A DNA stretch of 64,000 nucleotides from an uncultured Gammaproteobacteria bacterium (GTDB lineage Bacteria; Pseudomonadota; Gammaproteobacteria; JACCXJ01). Made by a program: the position numbers and the translations under genes. The notes below the pieces were generated by a model that was not told the origin of the DNA, ran no database searches, and saw only the letters and a program-made list of their open reading frames with translations. Positions within the stretch are counted from its first letter, which is position 1. Each line of letters starts with the position of its first letter. Below, piece after piece: positions 20,800-31,967 of the stretch. The stretch lies in the NCBI GenBank assembly GCA_963764725.1, contig CAVXTM010000012.1, positions 96,001 through 160,000 on the forward strand, in the 5' to 3' direction.

Positions 20800-21270
20800 T
20801 GTCTGTGGCAAATTCTGAATTCTAAGAGAAATTCCACGTTGATTGCAGTCTTGTGAATCCTAGCCGAGTGGGTAAGGTAGTGGCATGTGAGAACTCTTCG
20901 TCCTCCTTGCCCACCTTCTCACGACGCTGATCAAGCTCTGCCGGCGCGGTGGCCTCCATGCGGTAGTGGCCGAGTCACTAGCGGTGAAGCATCAACTGCA
21001 AGTGATGAACCGAACGCGTCGTCGTGCGCCAAGATTGACGCTGTCGGGGATTGGTATTTGGTTTGTGCGGTGCCTGGATCCCTCTGAAACGCCTCGCGAA
21101 GTGCGCGGTGATTCTCAAACCTTCCAGCTTTACGAGGTTTCACCGAGCCTTGGTGAGATGTAAGTATCGATGGCTCTATGCGTCAAGAAAGTGCGGTCGC
21201 CCTGGTCCTAAGGGGCCAACGAAAGCAGTCATTGCGGCGGTCGTTGAAATGAAACGACGTAACCCACGAC
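20800..21270 (+). mobile_element. IS481-like element 5' relic (copy 2)
   Basis: TGTCTGTGGC end; AESLAVKHQL..RRRAPRL, GRPGPKGP...EMKRRNP; stops and frameshift. Confidence 0.65.
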
Positions 21271-21422
21271 AGCCTGCTTACATCTATTTTGCGGCCCCTC
21301 GGCGGTCCTCTAATTCCCGGGCTAACCCCGGCACATTCACCCGGTGGAACCGGCAGATAATGCTAAGGCTTCCCTGGTATAAAAAGGGTTGCCTTTCTAT
21401 CCATTTCGTGCCCAAATGATTA

Positions 21423-21692
21423 ATGGGCTTCGAATACGACCAGGAGAAGAGCGAAGCGAACAAAGCAAAGCACGGGATCGATTTCGAGGAGGGGCAGGCT
21501 CTTTGGGACGATCCTGACCTGGTGGAGATCCCCGCCAAGGTGACCGACGAGCCGCGCTCTGTGGTTATCGGGATGATCGGCGACAAACACTGGTCGGCGG
21601 TCATCACGTATCGAAGCGATAACATCCGCCTAATCTCGGTCAGGCGTTCGAGGAAAGAGGAGGTAGCCATCTATGAAAGCGTCGGCGTTTGA
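21423..21692 (+). CDS. brnT: BrnT ribonuclease toxin
   Basis: FEYDQEKSEANKAKHGIDF, IRLISVRRSR. Confidence 0.92.
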   Translation: MGFEYDQEKSEANKAKHGIDFEEGQALWDDPDLVEIPAKVTDEPRSVVIGMIGDKHWSAVITYRSDNIRLISVRRSRKEEVAIYESVGV

Positions 21693-21903
21693 CAAGAAGT
21701 TTGATGCGGGCGAGGACGTCACCAACATGCTCGACCTGTCGCGGGCCCGCCGTCCCGGCCTTCAGGCCAAGCGGGTCAATGTGGACTTTCCGGCCTGGAT
21801 GGTGCAATCCCTTGACCGGGAGGCTCGGAAGCTCGGCGTCACGCGTCAGTCTCTCATCAAGATGTGGCTCGCGGACAAGTTAGCACACCAATCAACTCCT
21901 TGA
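21673..21903 (+). CDS. brnA: BrnA antitoxin (CopG type)
   Basis: FDKKFDAGED, KRVNVDFPAWM..LDREA..LGVTRQSLIK; overlaps brnT. Confidence 0.9.
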   Translation: MKASAFDKKFDAGEDVTNMLDLSRARRPGLQAKRVNVDFPAWMVQSLDREARKLGVTRQSLIKMWLADKLAHQSTP

Positions 21904-22201
21904 TGGGACATAGCGCTATCCGTCTAGGCGACCCGCTCGAGGAGATCAAAATGCGCGCCACGACTGACGGTGCCTCCCAATCGCAGTACTGAAATTCTAA
22001 ATCGAGACCGCGCACAGATAGGAGACACTGCTGCTGCGGCGCGCGGGTATTCGCGCGTCAGCAGTGCTGAGTTCTTGGTTATGCGACAAATGCTCTACGA
22101 GGTGCGCCTGGCCAAACGGAACGGGTCATTCGCACAGCAGGCTTACTGTAATGCGAGGCAAGCACGCCATCGATCAGTCTCCTAATGGAAGCCATAAGCA
22201 A

Positions 22202-25200
22202 ATGAAAACCGTTCGCGACGCCTGTCAGCTTCAGCCCAATGCCCTCTCCATCAAACTCAGTGATCAGATCGAGCAGCTTGATGAGCTGATCACAACCGAG
22301 GGCGACGGATCGGCGTTCTTCGAGAAAACCCACATCACCCAGGGCATGCAGGACCTTATCAGCGAGGGTATCGCGCGCCTCGCCGGTATGTCGACTCAAG
22401 CGGTCTTCCATCTCAAGCAAGCGATGGGTGGTGGTAAGACGCACTTGCTCGTCGGCTTCGGTCTTCTCGCAAAGCACCCAGAGCTTCGCAAGAAATACTG
22501 CGGTGGAATGGCGAACGCTTCGGCCTTCGGAATAGCCAACATCGCGGCCTTCAACGGTCGCAATAGTCCCGATCACTTCTTCTGGGGCGAGATCGCCAAT
22601 CAGCTTGGCAAAGGAGAGCAGTTCAAAGCATTTTGGACGAGCGGTCCAAAGGCGCCCGACGAGAAGGACTGGCTCAAGCTCTTCGATGGTGGCGAACCCA
22701 TCCTCATCCTGCTCGATGAGATGCCGCCCTATTTTCACTACCTCGACACCCAGAAAGTGGGTAACGGCACCGTCGCCGACATTGCCACCCGCGCTTTCGC
22801 CAACCTGCTCACTGCCGCCGGCAAGAAGAGCAACGTCTGTGTCGTCGTCTCCGATCTCGCCGCGGCCTATGACACGGGCGCGAGGCTTATCAATCGCGCG
22901 CTGGAAGACGCCCGCTCAGAGTTGGGGCGCCAGGAGCGCAACATCACGCCGGTGGACCTCGCGGCCAACGAGATCTACGACATCCTGCGCAAGCGGCTCT
23001 TCACGTCCCTCCCCGACCGGGCCGAGATCGAGGACATCGCCCAGACCTTCGGCAGGAAGCTGGAAGAGGCCGCCAAGTCGAAGACCGCCAATCGCGGTGC
23101 CGAAGCGATTGCGGATGAGATCGCCGCTACGTATCCGTTTCATCCGCGGCTCAAGAACGTCGTCGCGCTCTTCAAGGAGAACGAGCAGTTCAAGCAGACC
23201 CGCGGCCTGATCGAGCTCGTGTCCCGGTTGCTCAAGTCGGTCTGGGAGCGGGGGAGTAATGATGTATTTCTCATTGGCCCTCAGCACTTCGACCTATCGA
23301 TCCCGGAAGTACGCGACAAGCTCACGGAAATCTCCGGCATGCGCGATGTCATCGCCAAGGATCTTTGGGATGCGCAGTTGTCCTCTCATGCTCAGGTCAT
23401 CGATTTGCAGACGGGCAAAGAGGCGGCTACTCAGCTCGGTTCGCTGCTTCTGACGGCAAGCCTGTCGACCGCCGTGAACGCGGTCAAAGGCCTCACGCGC
23501 GAGGAGATGGTCGAATGCCTGGTCTCGCCTCTGCGCGAGCCGTCGGATTTCCTTGCTGCATTCGAAGAACTCGATAAGCTCGCCTGGTACTTGCATCACA
23601 CCCCCGAAGGGCGCTACTACTTCGATCGGCAGGAAAACCTGACAAAGCTCCTGCAAAGCCTCGCCCACGATGCTCCCGAGAACCAGGTGGACGATCTCAT
23701 CCGGCACCGTTTGCGCGAGATGTTCAAGCCCCTCCGCAAGACCGTCTACGAAGAGGTCTTGCCTTTGCCCAGGCTGGAAGAGGTCGCCGACCGCGTGCGC
23801 AGGGGCCGCGTGCTGCTGGTCGTCAGTCCGGATTCCAAGATCCCGCCCGAAGAAGTCCAAAGGTTCTTCGAGGGCCTAAGTCAGAAAAACAACCTCTGCG
23901 TGCTCACAGGCGACAAGACGGCGATGGGCAGCGTCGAGAAGGCGGCGCGGCAGCTCTTTGCTGCCCAGAAGGCCGATGGCCGAATCCCCAAGGGCCATCC
24001 CCAGCGCGACGACCTTGAACGGAAGCAGCAGACCTACGAACACGACTTCACCTCCACCATCCTCAATCTTTTTGATAAGGTCCTGTTTCCTATCCAACGG
24101 GCCGGACGGTCTTCCCAACTCGCGCCCAAGGCGCTGGACATGACCCGCGATGGCACCAAGCCTTTCAACGGCGAGGAGCAGATCGAGAAGACACTTGTCG
24201 CGAATCCGCTGAAGCTTTATCTCGATGTCGAGCGAGAATTCGACCCGATCCGCGACAAAGCGCAGGATCTGCTCTGGCCGGAAAATCAGGACGAGGCCCG
24301 CTGGTCAGATGTCGCGGACCGCTATGCCGAGCAGGCCGGCATGCCCTGGCTGCCACCCAAGGGCTTGGACGCACTCAAGTCCATCGCCTGCAACCGCGAG
24401 CTTTGGGAAGACCTCGGTAACGGCTACGTCACCAAGAAACCAAAGAAGAAGCGGACCTCGGTTCAGGTCATCGCCGAGTACGGACCTGACGATGAAGGCA
24501 AGGTTCGTTTGCGCGTCAATCCGCAGAACGCCGGCCCCGCACCTCGCATCCTCTATGCCGAGGATGCCCCCGTTTCCGAGGCCAGCGCGGAGCTCAAGGA
24601 CCAGGCTTATACGACCGCCGCACTGCGGGTGAACTTTCTGGTGATGGACCCATCAGGCTTGTATGAGACGGGCGACCCGGTGAGCTGGCCCAACAAACTC
24701 GTCCTGCGTAACGACCTAAAGGAGAAAGATGGTAAACGCCGTGTCGAGCTCTTCGTCGCACCCAAGGGCACGATTCGTTACACGCTTGACGGCAGCGAAC
24801 CACGCGAGGGCTTATCTTATGATGGGCCGTTTGCAATCGATGACAGCGAAGTCCTGATCCGGGCCTTCGCGGAGGCCAGCGGGCTTGAGGCCAAGGCAGA
24901 GTTCCGCTTCCCGGCCAAGGGCAAGAAAGGTCTGCAGATCGATGAGGTGAAGCCCGGCCGGCTCGTATCCCGCACCGGCCGCAAGCTCGATTCCCGCGGC
25001 AAGACATTTGAGGGTCTGAAGCAGGCCGCCGAGAAGTCCGTCACGTTCGAAGGCATCGTTCTCACCGTAGGCCAGGGCACACAGATGATCGGCATTAACG
25101 TGGGTGAGATCGCCGTGGACGCCGCGTTCATCGAGGCGCTGCTCGCCAAGGTGCTTGAGAAGTTCACCCCCGACACGCCGATCACCATGACCTTCCGCAA

Positions 25201-25285
25201 GGCCCACTTCGCCTCCGGCCACGACCTCAAGGACTTTGCCGGGAAGCTCGGCATCGAGCTGCAGCAGGGTGACGTCGAGCAGTGA
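22202..25285 (+). CDS. DUF499 AAA+ ATPase of restriction-like anti-phage system
   Basis: Walker A MGGGKTH, Walker B ILLDE, YPFHP; C-terminal Fn3-like IRYTLDGSEP; start MKTVRDAC. Confidence 0.9.
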   Translation: MKTVRDACQLQPNALSIKLSDQIEQLDELITTEGDGSAFFEKTHITQGMQDLISEGIARLAGMSTQAVFHLKQAMGGGKTHLLVGFGLLAKHPELRKKYCGGMANASAFGIANIAAFNGRNSPDHFFWGEIANQLGKGEQFKAFWTSGPKAPDEKDWLKLFDGGEPILILLDEMPPYFHYLDTQKVGNGTVADIATRAFANLLTAAGKKSNVCVVVSDLAAAYDTGARLINRALEDARSELGRQERNITPVDLAANEIYDILRKRLFTSLPDRAEIEDIAQTFGRKLEEAAKSKTANRGAEAIADEIAATYPFHPRLKNVVALFKENEQFKQTRGLIELVSRLLKSVWERGSNDVFLIGPQHFDLSIPEVRDKLTEISGMRDVIAKDLWDAQLSSHAQVIDLQTGKEAATQLGSLLLTASLSTAVNAVKGLTREEMVECLVSPLREPSDFLAAFEELDKLAWYLHHTPEGRYYFDRQENLTKLLQSLAHDAPENQVDDLIRHRLREMFKPLRKTVYEEVLPLPRLEEVADRVRRGRVLLVVSPDSKIPPEEVQRFFEGLSQKNNLCVLTGDKTAMGSVEKAARQLFAAQKADGRIPKGHPQRDDLERKQQTYEHDFTSTILNLFDKVLFPIQRAGRSSQLAPKALDMTRDGTKPFNGEEQIEKTLVANPLKLYLDVEREFDPIRDKAQDLLWPENQDEARWSDVADRYAEQAGMPWLPPKGLDALKSIACNRELWEDLGNGYVTKKPKKKRTSVQVIAEYGPDDEGKVRLRVNPQNAGPAPRILYAEDAPVSEASAELKDQAYTTAALRVNFLVMDPSGLYETGDPVSWPNKLVLRNDLKEKDGKRRVELFVAPKGTIRYTLDGSEPREGLSYDGPFAIDDSEVLIRAFAEASGLEAKAEFRFPAKGKKGLQIDEVKPGRLVSRTGRKLDSRGKTFEGLKQAAEKSVTFEGIVLTVGQGTQMIGINVGEIAVDAAFIEALLAKVLEKFTPDTPITMTFRKAHFASGHDLKDFAGKLGIELQQGDVEQ

Positions 25286-25857
25286 GCGCCAAGCCCAAGA
25301 GCGTCGACTTCGGCGCGCCCGACGCATTTGGCGCTCACCTCTTCCGTGTAGAGATCCCAGCCGCGCGGAACGAGTCAGTGGTTATCGTCGAGGACTACGG
25401 CTACCGGGGCCAGGAGGGCGGCATCCCACGTGAGGAGGAGCGGGTGGTTCTCAAGCGCCCGGTGTGGTCAGCCATTGCCGACATCGCCCGCCGCGAGTTC
25501 AACGACCGCCTCAAGGCCGCGAAGGTCCTCACCGGTCGCTGGCACACCGGCACCAACCTTGTCGATCGGTTGCTCGGCAAGGAGCTCTGCGTGCTCGCCT
25601 GGGCAGCCGAGACCGCGAACGGCGAGCAACTCCCAATCATCTGCAGTAAGTGGGCGGCACTTCGGCCTGAAGAACGCTGGTGGCTGTTTTCAATGACCGT
25701 AGCCGAGGCTGGCCTGCCGGAAGACACCCAGCGCGGATGGCGCCGTGCGCTCTTTCATGCCCTCTCGGACGGCGAAAAACCCGCGGCCGGGCGGAAGCGC
25801 CGCCGCCCGGTGGAGCAGGATCTATTTGAGCTGCCGCTGTTTGAGGAGTCTGAGTGA
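25282..25857 (+). CDS. DUF3780 anti-phage-associated protein
   Basis: DRLLGKELCVLAWA, LRPEERWWL, GWRRAL; GTGA overlap with the ATPase. Confidence 0.88.
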   Translation: MSAKPKSVDFGAPDAFGAHLFRVEIPAARNESVVIVEDYGYRGQEGGIPREEERVVLKRPVWSAIADIARREFNDRLKAAKVLTGRWHTGTNLVDRLLGKELCVLAWAAETANGEQLPIICSKWAALRPEERWWLFSMTVAEAGLPEDTQRGWRRALFHALSDGEKPAAGRKRRRPVEQDLFELPLFEESE

Positions 25858-28690
25858 ACGACGCTGTTACTCCGTACTCGCTCAAAGATGCACCCGCGCT
25901 CATCGAACACATACTGCCCGTGCAGAAGCTGTCCGCGGAGGCGTACAAAGAGCAAATGGCGAATGTCGGTAAGACACTCACCGCGCTTGGCAGTTACTGG
26001 AAGGGTCGCAAGCCGCTCATTCTCGCTAAAGCCTGCATTCTCGGATGCCTTCTACCGCCGACAGAGGACTCCAAACGTGATCTCGAGATCTTCGAGATGC
26101 TGATGGCAATGGACGACGAATCCTTTGTCATCCGCTGGCCGCGCCGCCCCAAGCCTAAAGAGATACTCGCGACCCTATCTCTCGACTTGATCGCCGACTA
26201 CTTCACTGTTCAACCCGAAGGGGCCCTGCCTCCGTCGTCCCCCGTGGACTGGACGAAGCCCGAATACATAAAAGTCAAGGCGGCTTGGCGCAAGGACATC
26301 TCGGAGGTCGAACGCCGTCGGCTGGAAGCTCAGATGTTGCCGAAGGCTACTTACCGCCAGCGGGTGGATACCGCCAAGCGGCCCGAGGAGGTTATGGACA
26401 CTGTCCACGACCATATCTGGGATGTCGTCAACAACCACTTGGGCACCCGTGCCAGTTCCTTCCCGGAACTGGCCGAGCAGCTTGGCATCATGCGCTATGG
26501 TCACCGGCCTCGCGTGGCGGACACCTTCTGCGGTTCCGGTCAGATTCCCTTCGAGGCCGCCCGGCTCGGTTGCGACACGTATGCTTCTGACCTCAACCCC
26601 GTTGCTTGCATGCTGACCTGGGGCGCATTGCATATCGTCGGCGGGTCCCCTGACAGTCGCGAGGAACTGGAACGGCAACAACAAGAGCTCGTCGCCAGAG
26701 TTCAAGCCGAAATCGACAAGCTCGGCGTCGAGACCGATGGCAAGGGCTGGCGGGCCAAGGCGTTCCTCTACTGTCTCGAAGTCCGCTGCCCTCAGTCAGG
26801 TTGGATGGTGCCGCTAATTCCGTCGCTCATTATCAGCCGCGGTAAGCACGCCATCGCAGAGTTGGTTCCCGACCCAAAGCGCAAGCGCTATGACATATGC
26901 GTGCGGACCGGCGTGTCCGCGGACGAGCTAGCCAGGGCAGCAAAGGGATCAGTGCGAACTGACGGGCGTGGCCAGGACCCGTATCTCCTTCACACAGTCA
27001 ACGGCGTCGAGTACCGCACCAAGGTTTCAACGCTGCGCGGCGACTTCCGTAAACCGGATGGCTCTGTGGGTAACAAATTGCGCATGTGGGAAAAGGGCGA
27101 CTTCACACCGCACCCAGGCGACATCTACCAGGACCGGCTGTACGCGATCCATTGGATGCGGCCGAAAAAGACCGGGCGGTCCTTCAACTACGAGTTCCGC
27201 GCTGTGACAGCGGATGACCTGAAGCGCGAGGGCATTGTCGAAAGGTTCGTTGGTGAGCACCTCGCCGAATGGCAGGCGAAGGGGTGGGTTCCTGACATGC
27301 GGATTGAGGCGGGATACAACACCGATCAGCCGATACGTGAACGTGGCTGGACGCATTGGCACCACCTTTTCAACCCGCGCCAATTGCTGGTCAATGGCCT
27401 GATCAATCGATATGCCACCACTGCGGCATCAAAGCTCGGCGTCAGTCAAGCGGCGAACCGGAACTCGAAGCTCAGCAGCTGGGATAGTTCGCCCGGTGTC
27501 GATGCGGTGAAAGACACTTTCTACAATCAAGCCCTCAACACCTTCTTTAACCATGGGACCCGGTCGAGCCACTACATCGCGAATCAGCTTACTCTTGATT
27601 GCAAGAGCTTCCCATTAGCTGAGACCACAACAACGGTTCGCTGCCTGCCCGCTGACTCGCTTGGGACGGAGAACGACGTCTACGTGACCGATCCCCCCTA
27701 TGGCGACGCAATAAACTACGACGAGATCCTCGACTTCTTCATCGCTTGGCTGCGCAAGAATCCGCCGCCAGAGTTCGCCGACTGGGTCTGGGACAGTCGC
27801 CGATCATTGGCGATAAAGGGTGAGGGTGAAAACTTCCGCCGCGGTATGGTGGCTGCGTATAAACGTATCACGGAGCTGATGCCTGACAACGGTATCCAGG
27901 TCATCATGTTCACGCATCAGTCCGGCTCGATCTGGGCGGACATGTCAAACATCGTCTGGGCCTCCGGTCTACGGGTGACCGCCGCCTGGTACGTCGTCAC
28001 CGAGACCGACAGTGCCCTGCGCGAGGGTAGCTACGTGAAGGGCACCGTGCTGTTGGTGCTTCGGAAACGCTTGGGCACGCACAAGACCACCCGCGACGAC
28101 CTTGCCTGGGAGATCCAGGAGGAAGTCGAAAAGCAGGTGGCGTCGCTCACCGGCCTTAACCAGCAGGCTAAAGGCCTCTACCGGGACGAGAATGTGTTCG
28201 AAGATGCCGACATTCAGATGGCCGGCTATGCGGCCGCGTTACGCGTGCTGACCCGCTACGCTATCATTGATGGCCGCGATATGACGGCTGAGGCGATCCG
28301 CCCCCGTGTGAAGGGCGAGACCACCTTTGTGGACGGCCTCATAGCCTTCGCCGTGAACACCGCCAACCAGTGTCTCGTACCCCAGGGCATCCCAAAGGGC
28401 CACTGGGACAAGCTCAGCGGCGCCGAGCGCTTCTATCTCAAGATGCTCGACCTGGAGGCGCGCGGCGCGAAGACGCTTGATAACTACCAGAACTTCGCCA
28501 AGGCCTTCAAGTGCGCGACTTCCGATCGCTCATGGGCGACCAGCGCGCCAACCACGCGCGGCTTAAGAGCGCGGTGGAGTTCGGCCGCACCGAGATGAGT
28601 GAAGGCTCAGAGCTGCACCAGTCGGTCCTGCGCGCCGTGCTCTACGCCGTTATGGAGCTTGCGAAGAACGTGGACGGCGGCGAGGTGCTA

Positions 28691-29848
28691 GTGTAATGCT
28701 TCTGAATTGATGGAACTATATGCCTTCCGGTCGATCTGATCTGGAGATCGAACGAGGAGGCGAACATGCGAACAGCCGGTGTAATTGAGCTTACAGATGA
28801 ACAACGGCAACAACTGCAACGATGGACCCGGTCGAGCACGGTCAGCGTGCGTCTGGCGCGGCGGGCACGGATAATCCTGTTGGCGGCCGAAGGTATGGAC
28901 AACCACCAGATCGCAGGAGAGGTAAGCGTTGGGCGAATTCAAGTGGGTCGTTGGCGCAAGCGCTTTGCGCAAAGCGGGCTTGCAGGCATTGAAGCCGATT
29001 TGCCGCGTAGCGGCCGCAAGCGCCGCATCAACGCTGCCAAGGTCGTGCGCCTGACCACCCAGAGCACACCGCAAGGCGCCACCCACTGGAGCACGCGCAC
29101 GCTGGCGGCAAGGGTCGGGATCAGCGACAGCAGCGTGCTGCGGATCTGGCGCGCCAATGGGCTCAAGCCGCATTTGGTCGAGACCTTCAAGGTCTCGCGC
29201 GACCCGCAATTTGTCGAGAAGCTCGAAGACATCGTCGGACTGTATTTGTCGCCGCCTGAACATGCGCTGGTGCTCTGCTGCGACGAGAAGAGTCAAGTGC
29301 AGGCCCTGGACCGTACCCAGCCTGGGTTGCCGTTGAAGAGGGGCCGCGCGGGTACGCTGACCCACGACTACAAACGTCATGGCACCACGACGCTGTTTGC
29401 CGCGCTGAACACGCTCGATGGCTCGGTCATCGCTCGCTGTAATAATCGCCACCGTCACCAAGAATGGCTGACCTTCTTGCGCCAGATTGATCGGGAAACC
29501 CCAAAGGGCAAAGCCCTGCATCTGATTTGCGACAACTACGCCACGCATAAGCATCCCACGGTCCGGGCGTGGCTCGCGAAACATCCGCGTTTCCAGGTGC
29601 ATTTCACCCCGACCTCGGCCTCTTGGCTCAATATGGTCGAACGGTTTTTCCGCGACATCACCACCGAACGCCTGCGCCGCGGTGTATTCCGCAGCCTCCC
29701 CGAACTTATCAGCGCCATCCAGGACTATATCGCCGTGCATAACCATGACCCCAAGCCCTTCGTCTGGACCGCCAAGGCCAACGACATTCTGCAAAAGGTC
29801 ATTCGTGCCAATCACCGCTTAAGTTCCAAGAAAAACGAAGCACTACAC
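28691..29848 (+). mobile_element. IS630-family insertion sequence
   Basis: IRs GTGTAATGCTTC / GAAGCACTACAC (11/12); TA duplicated at 28689-90 and 29849-50 within a CTAG target. Confidence 0.93.
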
Positions 29849-29851
29849 TAG
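28766..29851 (+). CDS. IS630 transposase
   Basis: HTH, CCDEKS, YKRHGT, ICDNYATHK, SWLNMVERFF. Confidence 0.95.
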   Translation: MRTAGVIELTDEQRQQLQRWTRSSTVSVRLARRARIILLAAEGMDNHQIAGEVSVGRIQVGRWRKRFAQSGLAGIEADLPRSGRKRRINAAKVVRLTTQSTPQGATHWSTRTLAARVGISDSSVLRIWRANGLKPHLVETFKVSRDPQFVEKLEDIVGLYLSPPEHALVLCCDEKSQVQALDRTQPGLPLKRGRAGTLTHDYKRHGTTTLFAALNTLDGSVIARCNNRHRHQEWLTFLRQIDRETPKGKALHLICDNYATHKHPTVRAWLAKHPRFQVHFTPTSASWLNMVERFFRDITTERLRRGVFRSLPELISAIQDYIAVHNHDPKPFVWTAKANDILQKVIRANHRLSSKKNEALH

Positions 29852-30581
29852 CTCATCTGACGTTGAATGTGCCCAACTACTACGGCGACATGACCCAGCG
29901 AGACTTGGCAGTAGAGTTGGCCGACTACCTCGCCAAGCGGCTCGACACGCTTCGCTCCGAGGAGGCCAGCGCAGCGCGGGTCCTGCGCGAGCTGGTAAAG
30001 AGCCAGCGGTTGGGATGATCTGGAGGCTGGCATGACCGAGATCCACCGCTTCTCCTCCCGGCGCCAGCGTCTGGATCATGCTTTCCTCAGCGCCAAGCTG
30101 AAGGGCGCGAAGTCGTACAAGCGCATCGCGGGCTATTTCCGCAGCTCGATCTTCGAATTGGTTGGCGAGGAGATTGCCGCGGTCCCCAAAGTGCAGATTG
30201 TCTGCAACAGCGAGCTGGACGCCGCCGACGTGGCGGTGTCGAAGCATGTGCGCGAAACCGCACTGAAGGAGCGTTGGAATGACGCTATTCCCGAGGTCGA
30301 AGCGCTGCTGCACCGAGACCGCTACCGCGGGCTTCACGAGCTCTTGACCAGCGGCCACGTCGAAATTCGGGTCGTGCCAAAAGACCGCGTCTTCGTCCAC
30401 GGCAAAGCGGGGGTCATCGAAGCTGCGGACGGTTCCAAGACCTGTTTTCTCGGTTCGATCAACGAGACCAAGAGCGCCTTCGCGCAAAACTACGAGATCC
30501 TGTGGGAGGACACTTCACCGGAAGGCGTCGTTTGGGTCGAGGAGGAGTTCGAGGCGCTGTGGAGGGACGCCTTTCCGCTGC

Positions 30582-31967
30582 GAGAAATAGTCAAATGTTG
30601 TGTACGGAGCTAGGTTAGGCGGCGATTCTTTCGGGGTCTTCCCATAGGCCGTCTTTGAAAATAACTCCCTCGATGACTTGAGCGAGGCGGGGAATTCCAT
30701 ACAGTTTCCGCCAATGTCGCTCGGCACTTTTTACCAACATGAATACCATCGCCAAAATGCTTTCTCGAGACACGCAGCCGCGGGTTTTGTTGGTGCGCAG
30801 CCGGACCGTAGCAAAGGTGGATTCGATCGGATTCGTGGTCCGAAGATGGATCCAGTGCTCTGCCGGAAAATCGTAGAAGGCCAACAGTGACCCCCGATCT
30901 TTTTCCAAACACTCCGCAGCTTTCGGATACTTGGGACGGTAGAGGATCAGAAAGCGATCGAAGGCGCGCTCGGCCTCCTGCCGGGTGGCTGCCATCCAGA
31001 TCTCCTGCAGCGCCGCCTTGGCCTTAGGTTGCTGGCTCTTGGGTAGCTTGTTGAGCACGTTGGCAGTCTTGTGTACCCAACAGCGTTGACCACGGGTCAT
31101 GCCGAAGACTTGCGGTAATGCCTTCCAGAATCCCAAGGCCCCATCGCCGGTGGCCAGATGCGGATCGAGCTTCAAGCCACGGGCTTTCAGATCCAATAGC
31201 ACTTCCCGCCAGGACGCTTCACTTTCCCGATAGCCATCGGCGAGCGTCACCAATTCTTTCTTACCCTCAGCCGTCGCGCCGATCACCACCAGAATGCACT
31301 GGGCCGCATCTTCCAGCCGTACCCCGAAATGGATACCGTCAACCCATAGATACACATAGCGCCGGTTCGATAGATCGCGCCGTGACCAGCGCGCGTGCTC
31401 GTCTTGCCATACCGCCTTGAGCCGACCGATCGTGCTGGCCGACAAGCCCGGCGCCTCTCGCCCCAACAAAGCCGTCAGCGCCTCCTGAAAATCACCTGTC
31501 GAGATCCCCTTCAAGTATAACCAGGGCAATAGTTCCTCCAGCGTCTTGGTGCGCCGTATATAGGGTGGCAATATCGAGGAGTTATACCGGATCGTCTTTT
31601 CCCGGTCCCGAACCCGCGGTATTTTCACCTCCACCGCTCCCACACCGGTTTGTATCGTCCGTCCCGGCAGATGACCGTTACGTACCACACGCTGGCGTCC
31701 TTCCGCCGTTTCCTGTCCCATGAAACCTTCCAGAAAAACCGCAACTTCCGCTTCAATCGCAGCCGCTAGCATCCGTTGGGCACCCGCCCGCAGAATCTCT
31801 GTGAGCGCATCCGCGACCGGAGCCGGCGTCCCTGGATTCTTCAACGCAATTACTTTATCTTCACTCATGGCGTATTCACTCCTTTCAGTAGGAATTGATG
31901 ACCTTGAAGACCATCAAGAATACGCCGCCTCCTTTACTCCTTCATCCACAACTTTCAATCATAACTC
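30582..31967 (-). mobile_element. IS256-family insertion sequence
   Basis: 9-bp direct repeat TTCCGCTGC at 30573-81 and 31968-76; imperfect IRs GAG.....GTTGTG. Confidence 0.93.
30615..31868 (-). CDS. IS256 transposase
   Basis: YLWVDG, GDGALGFW, QRCWVHK, TTNPIES. Confidence 0.95.
   Translation of the reverse strand: MSEDKVIALKNPGTPAPVADALTEILRAGAQRMLAAAIEAEVAVFLEGFMGQETAEGRQRVVRNGHLPGRTIQTGVGAVEVKIPRVRDREKTIRYNSSILPPYIRRTKTLEELLPWLYLKGISTGDFQEALTALLGREAPGLSASTIGRLKAVWQDEHARWSRRDLSNRRYVYLWVDGIHFGVRLEDAAQCILVVIGATAEGKKELVTLADGYRESEASWREVLLDLKARGLKLDPHLATGDGALGFWKALPQVFGMTRGQRCWVHKTANVLNKLPKSQQPKAKAALQEIWMAATRQEAERAFDRFLILYRPKYPKAAECLEKDRGSLLAFYDFPAEHWIHLRTTNPIESTFATVRLRTNKTRGCVSRESILAMVFMLVKSAERHWRKLYGIPRLAQVIEGVIFKDGLWEDPERIAA

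Larger units (their letters stand above)
25854..30018 (+). pseudogene. DUF1156 adenine DNA methyltransferase, frameshifted (~28510) and interrupted by IS630
   Basis: DTFCGSGQIP (motif I), TDPPY (motif IV); AAGTGCGC lacks one G of K-V-R; C-terminus resumes at 29851 (AHLTLNVP...SQRLG*). Confidence 0.88.

Noticed and set aside
21375-21405. Imperfect palindrome upstream of brnT (TGGTATAAAAAGG...CCTTTCTATCCA)
   Set aside because: Plausible BrnA operator but too degenerate to call.
22064-22201. N-terminal extension of the DUF499 ORF, and similar extensions on msrA, the NDUFA9-like gene, plsY, GT2 and PhyH
   Set aside because: ORF-caller over-extension; family homology begins at downstream starts.
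28688-29815. 375-aa antisense ORF spanning the IS630
   Set aside because: Shadow of the transposase with no recognisable motifs; such antisense ORFs are common in GC-rich IS elements.
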